Notes under the pieces: generated by a model | What the model saw: the letters and a program-made list of their open reading frames with translations, nothing else | Told to the model about the DNA's origin: nothing | Database searches by the model: none | In this document: in pieces, positions 14,218 through 27,514 of the stretch | How positions within the stretch are numbered: position 1 is the stretch's first letter | Layout of the letters: each line of letters opens with the position of its first letter | From: Podospora anserina | Taxonomy: Eukaryota | DNA: 64,000 nucleotides | NCBI GenBank assembly: GCA_017654855.1 | Contig: CM030332.1 | Location: forward strand, 248,001 to 312,000 | Direction of reading: 5' to 3' | Position numbers and translations under genes: made by a program

Positions 14218-17200
14218 GACCTTTCTCTTATCAGGTTTCGAGATGTACTCTTCATCCGTACAATTGCAACAAGTTCACAGTCCGTAATATTGCCCTCGCG
14301 CCACATCCCCCCCTGAATGACCAGTCTCACTCTGAGAGCTGCTCATTACCTGACTTCTCTAGTACACAGGCTCCTGCCTCACATCAACTCATCGATTTAC
14401 GGCGTGAAGCCGCAAGATATGAACAGGATTTCCCGCGTCACACAATGTCTGCAGCAGCACCTGTTCGACCGTTTCGGCCGTGGTTGTGTCACCATGCCTC
14501 AAGTCCCATGCGTCCTTTTGTGGCCGGCCACTAGCTCCTGGACCACGTACACAAGGCAGAAGGCTGTAATACAAGAGCTGGACAAGGTCCGAGGGCGAGG
14601 AGACTGGGTTGCCGGGAGTAGTAGCTAAAAGCGGACATTTTGCCATCGGGACTTTGTGAGCCTGTTAGGTTTTGACCAGACGGCACGACAACGTCACCAG
14701 AAACACGCTACTCCTCGCCTGACTGGGCATTGGAGTGCAGCAACGATTGCATCAACTACCAAAAGCTGAAAAAAGCCCAGTCTTTCTTGAACAGTATTAC
14801 GGCCGGGAAACTACTCCCAAGTGGTAGCACCAGTATCACGGGCTTTCTGCACCCAGCACTGATGCCGCTTACCATGCAGCATCTGATATTCACAAGGAAG
14901 GGATATCTTTCTTCCGCATATCACTCCCCGTGGAACTGTGTCGCGGAAATTTTAGCAACTTGTTCGAAAGTCACCAATCTCAGCCACCCACAACATGTCT
15001 CCTGTTATACTGAAGCCGTGTCGTAACCAGCCACGGGGGTGGGGTAACCCTTTGGTCGTACAGACTGCTCTGTGTTGAACAGACAAGACAATGCTCGAGC
15101 GTGGAATCTTGATAACTTCCCCGGATGAGCACATGGTGACGTGCATGGTGTAAAAAGGAGGCCCAAAAGAGAGACACCGCGCCATCTGGAGCCAACCAAA
15201 GTTCTATCGGCTATATGACGCACACCCTCTTCGCCTTGCATGAGTGATAAGTCACCAGTCATTGGCAGATGCGTTGACGCCGCCATAGAGGACTCCCAGA
15301 TACTCTTCTGCACGGCAACAGAAAGCTATGGGGCTCGGATGGCCCAACAGTTCTATTCTGTCAGCCCCTGTCGCTTACAAGAAAATCGGTGCCATTTCTC
15401 TGCCCACGAATGATGAGCCCCATGGACCCGGCTCCCCGCTCCAAAGTTACACACGTTTTTTCAGAAGCTGATATTATGGCTGCATGCCACTCGATATGTT
15501 CAATTGGCCATTGCAAATCCGGGCTCGTGGCTATCGCCCGCCCGCCCCCTTGACACGAGGTCAAGTGTTTCTCATGTGGTTTGTTTGACAACCTACGGTT
15601 CTCTACAGAGAACAGGTCAGCTCTCCTTAAGATTCACCGCCGTAATGCATGTCGAAGCCACTGATCAGCGCGGATGCGCCATGGAGCACCCGGAAGCCCC
15701 CAGTTCCGGTTGGTACAGCAGGCTGTCAGATGTCTTCGAGGTTCTGCAGGTTTCTGCTGCGTTCGGGTCCATCTCCGGATCTCTCACTTCGACTCAACAC
15801 ACACGCAGGCTCAACGGCGTCGAGCCTTTCTGCCATCGTGATGTCCCTGATCTGATCGGATATCATCTCATTCTCGCAACCTTTACCCTTCTCTCTGCAG
15901 ACAAAGTGAGCGGGGGTGTTGCAAACAGCCCATGCATCGTTGGTTGCGCACTGATATCTGATCTGATCTCGGGCCTTTTCGCAGCTCATGCCGAGCGGAC
16001 CAAACACTCTTTGTCCATGGCTCAGGGCCGATGGTGATCGTCGACCTCGAGTGGGTGTGCGTCATTTAGGCCTGGCAAACCCCACGCGGGAAGTTGCGGT
16101 CAAATCAGCGCTTGACACCTGCGGTTCGCATGCAATAGGTTTACAATTATCGTGCGTTCGTTGCATTGCTGCCCTGCGCGTAACGCGGGTCACGATGTCT
16201 TGCTAGAGAAAGAACCGGCCGGCCTCGATTGCGTCTTTGACGACGTCTTCTTGTTGGCTTGGCTTCAAGTCCGAGTTGAGTGAGGTTGTTGTCGACGACC
16301 CGCGGTGGGTTCTCCCGCGGAACGGGGCGCCCGCAGGAGCGCTACTGCACCGGCTCGTTCGGGTTCTCTTGATCCCTACCCCGTCCGTGATTCGGATTGG
16401 TTTTCTTCCCTGACGACGGAGCGCCTCGAATGCCGCTTGCCACAGTGACCAGCCGTCTTCAGCCAATTCGCGACGGCGCTATGCCCGTGTGCCATTCCTC
16501 ACTGCAGAAATGCCAGGACTGTTCTGAGGATTTCTAGCCGCAAGAAATGCACCATCGCCATGAAATCCCGAATTGAGAAAGTTTTGATAGCAAATGTCCG
16601 AAGGTTTGTCCCCTCCCCCTCCTCCTTTAGGACCTTTGGCCTCCAAGAACGAAAGCCCAGGCAGGCCTTTTGACGCTATTTCACAAACAACCATCAAGCA
16701 TCGGACCGAGACAGAAGACGCCGGTCTCGGGCACCTGGGCTTCGAGCTAAGGTAGTCATTCACATCACGATCCCTTGCGTGTCGAGGCCGTCCGTCATGG
16801 AAGAAAGTCGGATTGTTGGACATCAAATGGGGATCGCAACAGAATGCCATAATGATCCGCACCGATTTACTGGCGTGGGGTTTAGGGGAGCGACTGAGGT
16901 GAAGCGCACCACTGATATGACGAACTGCTGAGACACGCCAATGGCTGTGACACAGTCCGGTCCCGCCTACCCGGTTTGGCAGCAGATCCAATCTAGATCA
17001 AGCGGGACCCTCCGCCGATCGACCGGGCTCCCCAGGTTATCAAAAGGATCCAAAAAGTCGGTCGGATCAATGAGAGCAGTGCGATGAAGCAAGCGAGGAC
17101 ACGCCATGCTTTGCTTCTTTGCTGTCAGCATTTGCCCAGAGGTGTGACCACATGAGTTCCCGTTGCTCACTACTGCATAGCAATGCAGCCTCAACACAGC

Positions 17201-20200
17201 CAACACCTTTTTTATTCGTCACTTTGCTCTGCCAGGCCACCGGCCCCCATTCAACCGCCTTCCGGATATGGGATTGTTGCGCACCAGACTGAAACAAGAG
17301 CAGCTGAGCCCCCAGTCCCGCCGAGGGTTACTTGCAGGAGACTATTGCATGCTCTTGGAGGCTGTTGGTGGATGAGATCAGGTTCTGTCCTCGTGGTTCC
17401 ATTTGGCACGGTGGGGCTCGGCACGGGGGGCCTCTGATAGCAACAAGCTTGGTTCCGATGGGGAAAAAGAAACATCAACAAGCAAAGGAGACCGGCGTCC
17501 GGCCGGGATAGCTGTACAGACCGCAGCTGTCAGATTCTCTAGGGCTGCCGCACCCCCGTGCCGGCATCTGTACGTCGGTATATCAGGAAGGTTGGACGAG
17601 CCAACCCTCAGGGTTTTTGACCAACCAACAGGCGCATCGACACCGGGATTGCCAAAAGGGATTTACGCTGAGAAACCGTAAACCAACTTGGGTTGCATCG
17701 GCCCCCTCGTCGGGGGGTGTCACCGTGGTCTCCAAGGCGCCAACATGTTCATGACGCATACGCTTTCATCATTTTCCTGCTTTGAGGGCGTGGCATGGAG
17801 GTTTTTCCTGTTGTCATGGAACAGTTACATGGGACCAAGTCTCGAATACCTCTGGTTGACAACGGTTGATTGATTTCAGCCACCTTTCTCTCCCCGCATG
17901 CAGCTTCCTTGGCGGACCCCCAACCTCTTAGTGCCACCCATCATTGCCTGGCTGCATGTCGAGAACTCCTTTCAAGACAAGGCCTTGAATCCAAAATGAA
18001 AGCTATTGACAGGCCACATCCGAACAAGGCGTGTTTCCTTTGTTGCGTGTTGCTCCTTCCGTTTTCTTCGCTTGTCTCCCCTCCCGAAGCCGGCGACATG
18101 CGACGACTAACATCCATAGGGGGTGTGGCTAGACGGGAGTCTTGCGCAGAACGATGATCTCTTCCGCGCAGAAATGCCAACTTGGAGATGGGGCAGAAGC
18201 AACAGGACAGCTGCAATGCGGGGCTCTCTATCCGGCGTCCATTCCCTGGTACAAACCTGCTGCCCGTCCCGCTGCCAAGCTGCTGTCTCACCATTACACA
18301 AAGGGGCCTACGTACAGTGAGGGGTAGCTTGAATATGGATAGGGCGGTGACTATCACAGGCAGTGCGAAGTCAAGGCAACAGAACACTGAGGTCATTCCA
18401 CCTTCCGACACATACGGACGAGGTTGGCTTGTTCCAGAGGGGCTTGTCTCGTGCCAGAGCCACAGCGCTGCTGAAATTTTTACGAAGACATGATGGAAGC
18501 ACAATACAATCGCACATTGTGTGCTGTCGTTGAAAGGACGAAATTAGGTATCGGCCCCCAACAGCACTGTTGCCGTCACTCAGCCTAGGTCTTAACCGCA
18601 TTCTTCCAGCGATGTGATCCCCAGGAACGGATCGTCTGAACACGGCCATTAAGATCAGAAACGTCAGGTGTTGGATCACACGCTCAGTTCCTGCTGCGAG
18701 CCCTGGGAGGCCCTGTGCCATCCGGGCGCTTAACTTGGTGATGAGTCTGGTTAAGGTTATCGACGGCTGGCATGCCAAGTCCCTGGATATATTGATTACC
18801 CCACCATCACCCATGACACAGGGCACAAGACGGTTGATACCGTGCAGGCTATCCCTTGAACAAAGAAGGATGAAGCAAGACTCGATGGGCTGAGAGATCA
18901 CACAGCGCCTTCTTTTCTCGACCTGATCTTCTTTTCACTGACCGAGATCCATTCCGTTGCCGCATCGAAAGTCAATGAAGGCGTCGGCATTGAGCCTGAA
19001 TCCGGCAACAAAACGACCGACGGCTGTATAATTATTGTATACGGAGTATCACCACATTCATCTGGCACAGTTTTCGGTTCTCGGTCGCGAACTGCGACCG
19101 CTGAGCAGCATCACACCATCTCTCCAGGTTGACGCACGGACTATCCCGGGCAGTCGGTACCCAATCGCATCACAGAACTCACTTGAGACAGGGAAGCATC
19201 GATGAAGATGGAGCCACACCCCACCACCTCCACCACCACCACCACGAGGGCGTCAGGGATGGCAGCTCGAACATCTATCATCCTTGCGGCACCGCTCAAG
19301 GGCTTGATGAGTAGGATATATATGGGCGGAGGGATGCCATCACCGTTTACACCGTTGCTCTCGTCTCGAAGGGATGTTGGCGGGGGTGGGCGAGGAGCGC
19401 ACAGTGTTGTCGGAACAAAGGGACAGGGCGCCTCTGGCGCTTAAATTCACAGTAGCGAGATGATAAACGCGACATGCGACATCCGATGATGATGAAGAAC
19501 CGGATCACTGCGATGGAACTGTGGCATTTGACTGACGTCGGTAAGCCGGCTGTAGGTGCTGCCGTGCTTGTTGGTTCGGGGCTTCAACAAAGAACGACAC
19601 CTGCTTCCACCGCGGTGCTGTCTAATCCTCGCTCCGCCTTGATCATGGTATACAGTACCCAAAGCCACGACGCGCAGTCGTGGGACGTTTCGGACTCTTG
19701 CCCCATTCCTCTGTCAGCTATTCCGAGGTCTGCTATGCAATGCCAAACGCACCACCTCCTCCTTCACGGGGTAGCACAGCGCTGGACTCTCGTGCTCATC
19801 GCACATGTCCGCGCAAGTTACGGTAGGGACTGCCGGCCACCTCCGCCCTTTTGTGAACCTCGGAGCCGAACCTCTTTCTCCCCGCACCACCCTCACCGGG
19901 CGTGGTATAAAACAACGGATGGGAACACAGCGTCACAGGGTCAATCCCGGATTTGGAGGAGCGCTGCCCCCGACGACGGCGTTTTTGCAGATTCCCTTTT
20001 GCATAACTGGTCGCTTCCTGGAGTTGGGGGCTGCCCGTTGTGCGGCTCTCTTTCTCGGTGTGGCACAGACATGTACACCCCTCCCCTTTCCCGGGTTTAC
20101 TCCAGTAAGACGGAGCGGGCATGCCGGGCGGCAAAAGGATTTGACCTCTTGAAGACACTGCCAGACTCTCGGAACCGAAGAAGGATTCTCATATGTATGG

Positions 20201-22909
20201 GTTGGTGAGTGACGAAGTTGGAACCAACAGCATTGCTTGTTGTCGGGATACCTGCTTCGATGGGCTTTGCGGAGAAAGGCGGAGATGGGGGGTGGGGGCT
20301 TCACAGCCTTGATGAGGTTTCCAGTTGACACGGAGAGGGGGTAGGTAATCAATAGGTGACCGGAGGATCACTAGGCTGTAAGGAAATGCCTGGAACGAGT
20401 GAAAATGAGTGCGGAGGTGGTTACTCATCAGGCCCGTCCAATCTGAGGGGAAAAAATTCTGCTGCCTTTTTGATGGCAGGCGTCGTTGGGGTAAAGGGCG
20501 GCCGCTGCTTGATGGCCGGCTGGTGGGGGAGGGGGGTGGTGGCGGGTTTGACGTACACCACCGGGGACCGTTATTCGGGTATCGGAGCTCGATCTCGACG
20601 TCTCAGGGGGTGAAGTCGTTGCAGAAGACAAAGGATGGACCCCAGCTCTCACGTTTCCTCTTTTTTTCTTCCGAGTTCAGGGCACTTCGAAACACAGAAC
20701 ATCCCACTTGACAAGGCTCCAGACTGGTGAAGTGACTTCCAGTGTCGACCATGTCGCCTCCCGCTCGCTCGCTGACTGGCATTCTCTGCAGCTCTCTGCA
20801 CAACTCGAAACAATAGGTTACGCAAACATTTACAAGACTTAAAACACCGCATGACTAATTTGCACTTGGTCCCTACAGACTTTGCACAGCCCCTTGGCCG
20901 GCACTCAAGGGAAATAAAGCAACATGGAGCTCGGCAGCAGCCTGAAGGGAGAGATTTTGAGTGCCGATGCAGGCCTGAGGCGGCCGTCGAGTTGTGGTCG
21001 CGTGGCGACATGGTTGGGTGGTGGGGGAGATGAAACTGGGTGCACTGAGGTCGGGATAAGGGGTTGCAGGGCGGCGCGCGGCACTGCACGGTTCAAGGCC
21101 GGAGGAGGAGGATTGCCCCGCCATTTGCTCATCCTTTGAGATTGGGATTACTACGAAGTCAAGGTTCTGATAGAGTGAGATGTTTTACGAAGGGACCTTA
21201 CCTTGACTTTGTATCGACTGTGCTGAGCGGGCGCCAAGCGACACACCCCTCCGATGACGAGGCAAACTACAAGTCAGCCTCAACCGGTGCAGGAACTAGC
21301 AACTCGTATCTTTATCACCACGTTGGTGCTTCCACACAAGGGACATCAACTCTAATATCCCTTGTTACCAAAACAATAATGGAAGATGCCGTTGATGGCG
21401 TCCAGGGCCGAGACACTGGCACCTTTGCCCCGTGGTTGACGGCTCTGGCAGCGACCACATGGCCGCTGCTGGCCCTGCGGTCTAGTGCTATAGTCGAGAT
21501 GGAGGAGCTGCCACTCAGTGCAAACAGAAAACTGCCTGGCAATCTGGATAAACAGAACAATCGATTCCAAACTTGACCGGATGCTTTGGTGGGTGAGTCG
21601 GCCATCAAAGTCAACCGTGATAACTGTGCGGATAGTCAGTTTGCCCACGGTGCTGCGCGAAAAAAGGAAGAAAGAAGACTATCAGTCACTAGATGGAATC
21701 TTCTTCAGATGTTATCGCCATCAAATCGTACGATGGTGACGATGCGGGCTTGCATGACTTTGCTCGTTCGATGCCCAACCGAGCTTGAAAGAGGTTGGCT
21801 TGGCAAAAGTTTCCTGCCACAAGGGCTGGGGAAGTGGTCTGGAAGGGTGGGGGGGAGGAACAGAAAGAGGCCGGGTGCAGCCGAGGAAGAGTTGAGATTC
21901 TGATAGAGGTAGACGCCATTGCGAAGACATTTCCTTGTTCGGTTTGGGGTAGATGGCGGAGTGATGGGGATCAAAGCAACACCAAACGCAAGAGACAAAA
22001 TTCGTTGGAAAGTCTCTCAAGTTTTGTTCATCAGTCATGACGAGATACATCACCCACCGCCCCTCCAAAAAAAAAAATTCCCCACGAAGACCATGAACCC
22101 CCTCCTCCACTCCTCCACCCCAAAACGTGCCCTGGTCAAAGTCTCCAAAAGATCTCCTGCAACCACAAATTCCTAATTAACCCCTCCCAGACCAATCCCC
22201 CTGTGGATTTTGTCCCTGCAAAAGGAAAGTGACAAAGTGACACCTGCACCTCCCAGGACCAGGTTCTGACAGCGAGCGTCGACGATCATCCCATGCCATC
22301 CATCCCCACGATTTTGACAATCCCACCTCACACGCACTTTCAGCCCAACAAGTCAACTGACACGTGGGTCGAAAGAAAAAAAGCAGTGTGCAAATCCAAC
22401 ACCGACTCTGCTCGCTTGACGGCGCGATAACCACCTATTTCTGGCCCAAACAAATCAACGAAAATTCAGCGAGTACTCCGAAGCACTGAGGAGTGTACTG
22501 TCTGAATCCCATTCAGCAGATGTCAAAAGTGGCGAGTGACAGTATGGCTGTTTTGAAGTAGCATAAGCACAGCTGTTTTTTGGTCACTTGCTTTTTTGGA
22601 CCCATCTGACTGACTTTGACACCCACTCGTCAATGACGTTTATTTCTACAGAGACTCATTTCAAACGCCACGCCAGAAACAAGAAGCAAAAATAACAACA
22701 CATCTCAACCCTCTCTTTTCCTCTGCCCACCATGATAAGGTATAATAATGGTACAAAAATCCATGCTATCCGCCCCCCAAAATTAACCTATGCTTAAAAC
22801 ACAATCAACCCTTCCTTGCTGATCAACCAAAAAACCCCATTTCCACTCCAACTTTTTATCGCCATGTATGTATGTACAGCAACAAAAGAAACGACAGAAA
22901 AAAAAAAAC

Positions 22910-24157
22910 TTAATACTGATGATACCCAACCACCCCCATATGATGATGTTGTTCCCCATCATCCATAATCGCCGTGCTCGCTCCCCCCCACCCATTGTGA
23001 TGATGAGTGTCATAAACATGATGATGCTGCATTAAACCCCCGTGATAATCCCCATTACTCGCGCTCGTGGTCCTCAAATCGGGAAGCAACAACCCATCCG
23101 GTGCGGTCCCCTGCCCGTACGCCAACCCGACATTCACCGGCTCGGGTGTCACCGGCTCGTCTGACGGCGCCCGAGTAGAAGCAGCAGACCGCTGAGAGTG
23201 AAGGTAGTACCCGTCCTGATGAGCTTGGTGGTGATAATCCAACTGTTGCTGCTGATCCACCCCCATCGCGGGCATGTCCACCTGCACCAACGGCCCAGCA
23301 GGATAAAACCCCAAGTGGCTCCCAGCGTAGGGTGATGTCTGCGGAGGAGGAGGGGGGTAGTACCCCACCGCCATGGCCGCCACCTGCGCCTGGGCCATGG
23401 CATGCGCAATGTTTTGAGCGTGGTTCCTCATGTTGGTCTGGGCATGTCGGGAAGCAGACGACAACGACGACGACGACGCGGTGCGGATTCTGCCGTTGTA
23501 GACTCCGGGTTTGTTACTGCCCCGATGACTACCAGATGACGACCGCCGGGAAAAGTCATCATACCGAAGGGAAGATGAAGACAGGGCACCGCTGCGTCGG
23601 GACTGGTTCCCCTTGCGGTAGCGGGTGGTGGATTGGACACCCTCGTGAATGGCCCAGGGCTCAAGGTACCACTCGGTAGATTTCTTTTGGTCGGCTGAAG
23701 TAGCAGCAGTAGCAGGAGAAGAAGACGAAGACAAAACAACCGGTTTGGTCTCTTCTTCTGGCTGCTTGTCGTCTGCTGTCGAGGGATCGCTCTGGCTGGC
23801 GGTGCTACATTTTCTCTCACGTTTGGTAAAAGCCTGCCAAGACAACTGTTAGCTGCTACCTAACCTGCAGATGTCCCAAAGAGGAAGCCAACATACCATG
23901 TTCATGCTCAGATTGTGCCGGATACTGTTCTGCCACCCCTTGGTATCATCCTTGCCCTTGTCCGTGTTGTCCCGGAACCACTGGTAGATCTCCTGCAGGG
24001 TCATGGCGTGGTTCGGCTTGCTCATAAAGGCGCGGTAAATGAGCTTTGCGTAGGGCTCTTCGTTTTTGTTGTTGTTGCTGCTGCTGTTGCTAGTGTTGTT
24101 GCCCGTCAAGCCCGAGTCGGATGCGCCACCCCCGCCGCCAGGAATTACCACTGCTGC

Positions 24158-24191
<34 letters not shown>

Positions 24192-25138
24192 GCTGATGTT
24201 GGGCTCGGCGCGCTGCTGTCGATTTGACTCCCGTTACCCGTTCCGATCGGGGGCGGCGTGTGAGGTCCACCACCACCACCCATCAAGTCCTCCATCGTGC
24301 CCGGTAATGGCTGTTGCTGCGCGGCGGGTGTTGGACTTGGCAAACCCTCGTCGTAATCTGCCTTTAGACACAGAGTAGTGCTGCAGGGGGATAGCGCGCG
24401 AAGGCTTTCTGGTGTCGATACTTCGTTCTGATACTGCCTTGGGCACGGTTCTGTCTGGCTTCGCTGCAGAAAGCTGCCTTCTGCCCCGTCATAACTCTGC
24501 AGGGGAAGGTTGTAAGGAAGCCCATCAGCCGGGAAAGAAGTCAGCTCTGGGCCTTGTGGATAAGAAGGAACTAGTTGCTGTCTCGGATAGTGATCCCACG
24601 ATACCGAGCGAATGTGTTCTGGAGGCGTCCAGCTACGCGAAGATGGAGGAGGGAGTCCGTCAGCTACCTGACCAGGCCGAGAGCTGTGCAGAGCGTAGTT
24701 GTCGAAATCGTCGCTTCCAGTTTGTGACCCTCTCATACAGGCGCTCCACATGGACGAAGAAGCTCCTTGGCGAGGAACTGAAGAGGGCATGAAAGCCCTC
24801 TGGCACTCGCCATCACGGATCCCCATTCCCATAACCAGCTGCCCATCAGCGTGGGCTGGATCAGGGGTCGTAGAGTTCGTCCGTGTTACTAGCTGCGGCG
24901 ATGCCGTGTACATGGCTTCGACACTCGTCAGGGGCGACATGTGAGGAGGCGACTGCGATATCGATGGGTCTCTCTTCACGCTGGCAATAGACGACGTTAC
25001 TGTAAAGGAAGAAGAAGGCGTGTTGTTGTTGTTGTTGTGGTACAGCTCTGGATCCATCACCGGCAGTTCTGGCGGTGTTGGAATGTTCGACAAGGAAGAC
25101 TCTACGTCTCCGGTTCGAAATGGTGCGTACAGTGTCAT
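22910..25138 (-). CDS. Forkhead-domain transcription factor
   Basis: EEPYAKLIYRAF...MTLQEIYQWF...KGWQNSIRHNLSMN / AFTKR ... WYLEPWAI.EGVQSTTRYRK. Intron 23834-23896. Start at 25138 (MTLYAPF) inferred. Confidence 0.92.
24151..24196. repeat. (GCT/GCA)n trinucleotide repeat encoding poly-Ala in the forkhead TF
   Basis: Run of ctgctgctg... encoding AAAAVAAAAAAAAA. Confidence 0.85.
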
Positions 25139-25970
25139 GTGAGTTCGGAGGAAGAAAAAAAGAGGTCGAGGAAGACGGTTGTGGGGGAAGGGGGGACAAT
25201 AAACGAGTTTGATATGGCAAAGGATTCGTAGGGCTGGAATGGACAAGCGCGAGGAATGGCGAGAGACGGACAGATGAGTGAAGATCAGTCTGGTGTTTGA
25301 GAAAGAGAGCAAGGTCGAGCAGTTGGTCCGCGATCAGCCGGAGGTGACCCCGGGTATTATGTGACCGTGGACGGTTGAGACCCAGAGCAGAGGACCACTG
25401 TCTCTCTCTCACTTGAAGAATGTATCTTGGTACCTCGCAGAGACAGTATCCCGGACAGTGGAGTCAAGATCTAGAAGACCAAGACGGGCAAAGATCTAAT
25501 AGTCAGAAAGAAAAGGAGGGGGAGGGGTGGAGGTAGAAGGGGACAATGACTTGACTACTAGCAAGTGACCAGGAAGCGGGTGCAAGGTAGGGGCCCCCTG
25601 CCAGCACACATTGTTTGGTAGACTAGGCCCTATACATCAGCATCCTCTGAGCAGACGGGGTGTGTGTGTACCCAGGTGCTGTACGTGGGGTGAAGGGGGA
25701 AATGGTATGTGTGTAGTATGCGGCTAGGTAAGTACCATCAGACTGCGAGTGTACTTCGGGGAAAAAGGTGTGGGTGGGTGGGGGGGGAGGGAGGAGTGAG
25801 TGTAACGTAGAGGGTTGCTTGTGTGTGCCCTGAGGCTGCAGGTGTGTGGGTAAGTTGTATGCTAAAAAGAGGAGCACGATGCAAACGAGCAGAAGTGTGG
25901 CTGTCTAGTAGAATTCCAAAGCTATATCGTACCCGTACAATACGAACACCAGGCACAAGTGTTGCCGTGG

Positions 25971-26000
25971 GGAGAGAGGGAGAGAGAGAGAGAGAGCGAG
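25971..26000. repeat. (GA)n microsatellite upstream of the forkhead gene
   Basis: ggagagagggagagagagagagagagcgag. Confidence 0.75.
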
Positions 26001-27514
26001 AGGCGTTGCTCCAGGAGGCCTGGGCCAGTAGCCTCATGGCCTATGTCTGCATTGGAGTCCAAAAAAACGGCAGCCAGAAAAGTGACAGATATCCGACAGG
26101 GGATCGACACGGCCGGCCCTGGCCCACCGAAAAAAGCAGGAAGCCGTAACTGCGTAGACACAAGACAGGCGAGACTCAAGGGCGGTGACGGGTGACGGGT
26201 GACAGGCGACAGGCGGCAAAGAAGAAAAGCTCACACAAACTTATTGTCTTTTCTTTTGTTCCCTTGCTGCAGCTTGTCGAGGTCGATAGTCGTTCGTGCA
26301 TGATCCGGATGCCGTTCTGGTTTTCCCCGCTGGTTATGGACGACGACGACGACTGGGGAGTGAGCCATGCCAAACTCAGACCGAAAAGCCGTTCCATTCC
26401 GCCAGTCTGCCCCACGGTCCCTCCTACCACTTGACGGACGAGAGCAGTGGAAATGGCGGGAACATGAGAAAAAAAAAGAAAAAAGGACAAGGCCTTGCGG
26501 AAGGGTGCAGAGGTCACCGGCCCTCTCGCCATGGGGGGGACCAATCAACGATGCTGGCTCAAAACGGCTTTGGGCCAATTGGTTGAGCATGTCCAATGAC
26601 AAACCCGGCCACTGCCTCAACAGGAGGCATTCTGCACCGTGCGATGGACGGCGATGGACGACCATGGGACCTGGCAACAATTTGTGGTTATGCAAAGCGC
26701 GTTTCAGTCTTCTAGAAGCTTTGGAGAAAGAGATGCAGGTTCATTTGCGCTGCCTTGTTGATGCTTGTCAGTCCTGGCAGCCAGCCGCTGAGCCAGGGCG
26801 CGAGAAGCCGTCTCCCCACGGAGTCAACAAGGACCTTTCCCGGGGGTCCATAACGTCCTCAGCGTCCCAAGCGTCCCGGGGCCATCTGTCGGTCTCCTCC
26901 GGTGCTGTCCATCTCTGACGCCCGTCTCCACGTACACGTGCGAAAGGCCCCAAAGGCCCATCTATCCCAGGCGCAGAGAAAGGCCTGCCAAGACGCAGTC
27001 ACGGTCAAGTCTCGGTAGCGCAGGCGAGGGTTTTCCGAAAGGCGATCTGCTCAAGCGAACAAATGAGTGGCGCGATCATGTTCCACGCTCCGGATTCGGG
27101 AGGCGGCATCCTCAGACGTGACGGGGCAGGCCCCATGTCGGCGGAGATAATGGATATGATGACCTGGCCAGGTGGTGGTGTCACAAGAAAGAGTCAGGGG
27201 AGGTTGAAGAGTGCTGACGTTTGAGATTTTGCTGACTTCTTTTCTCGTGACTGCGGACAACAACAACTTGCTCTGAAATTGGCCGGATTTCCGGTCTTGT
27301 GCTGCAACATCGGCGGTGGATCTTACATGTCTGTCTGTCTCTCTGTGGTGGCCGACCCCACGGCGCCGGGGAAAAGGGGTCCCCTTTACGGGCCGATGTC
27401 GCCCATCGCCCTGGCCACCCTTCCTCTTACGGGCTATGATGATGCTAGGTAGGTATTGTCGATAATCTCCACGATGCGGCGGCAGGTGAGGGATGACCAG
27501 AGATTTGGCGTACA

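Noticed and set aside
14317..22434. Many 60-240 aa ORFs in the intergenic gap (e.g. 19474-20208, 21064-21576)
   Set aside because: Mostly non-ATG starts, no domains or codon bias; consistent with random ORFs in ~55% GC DNA.
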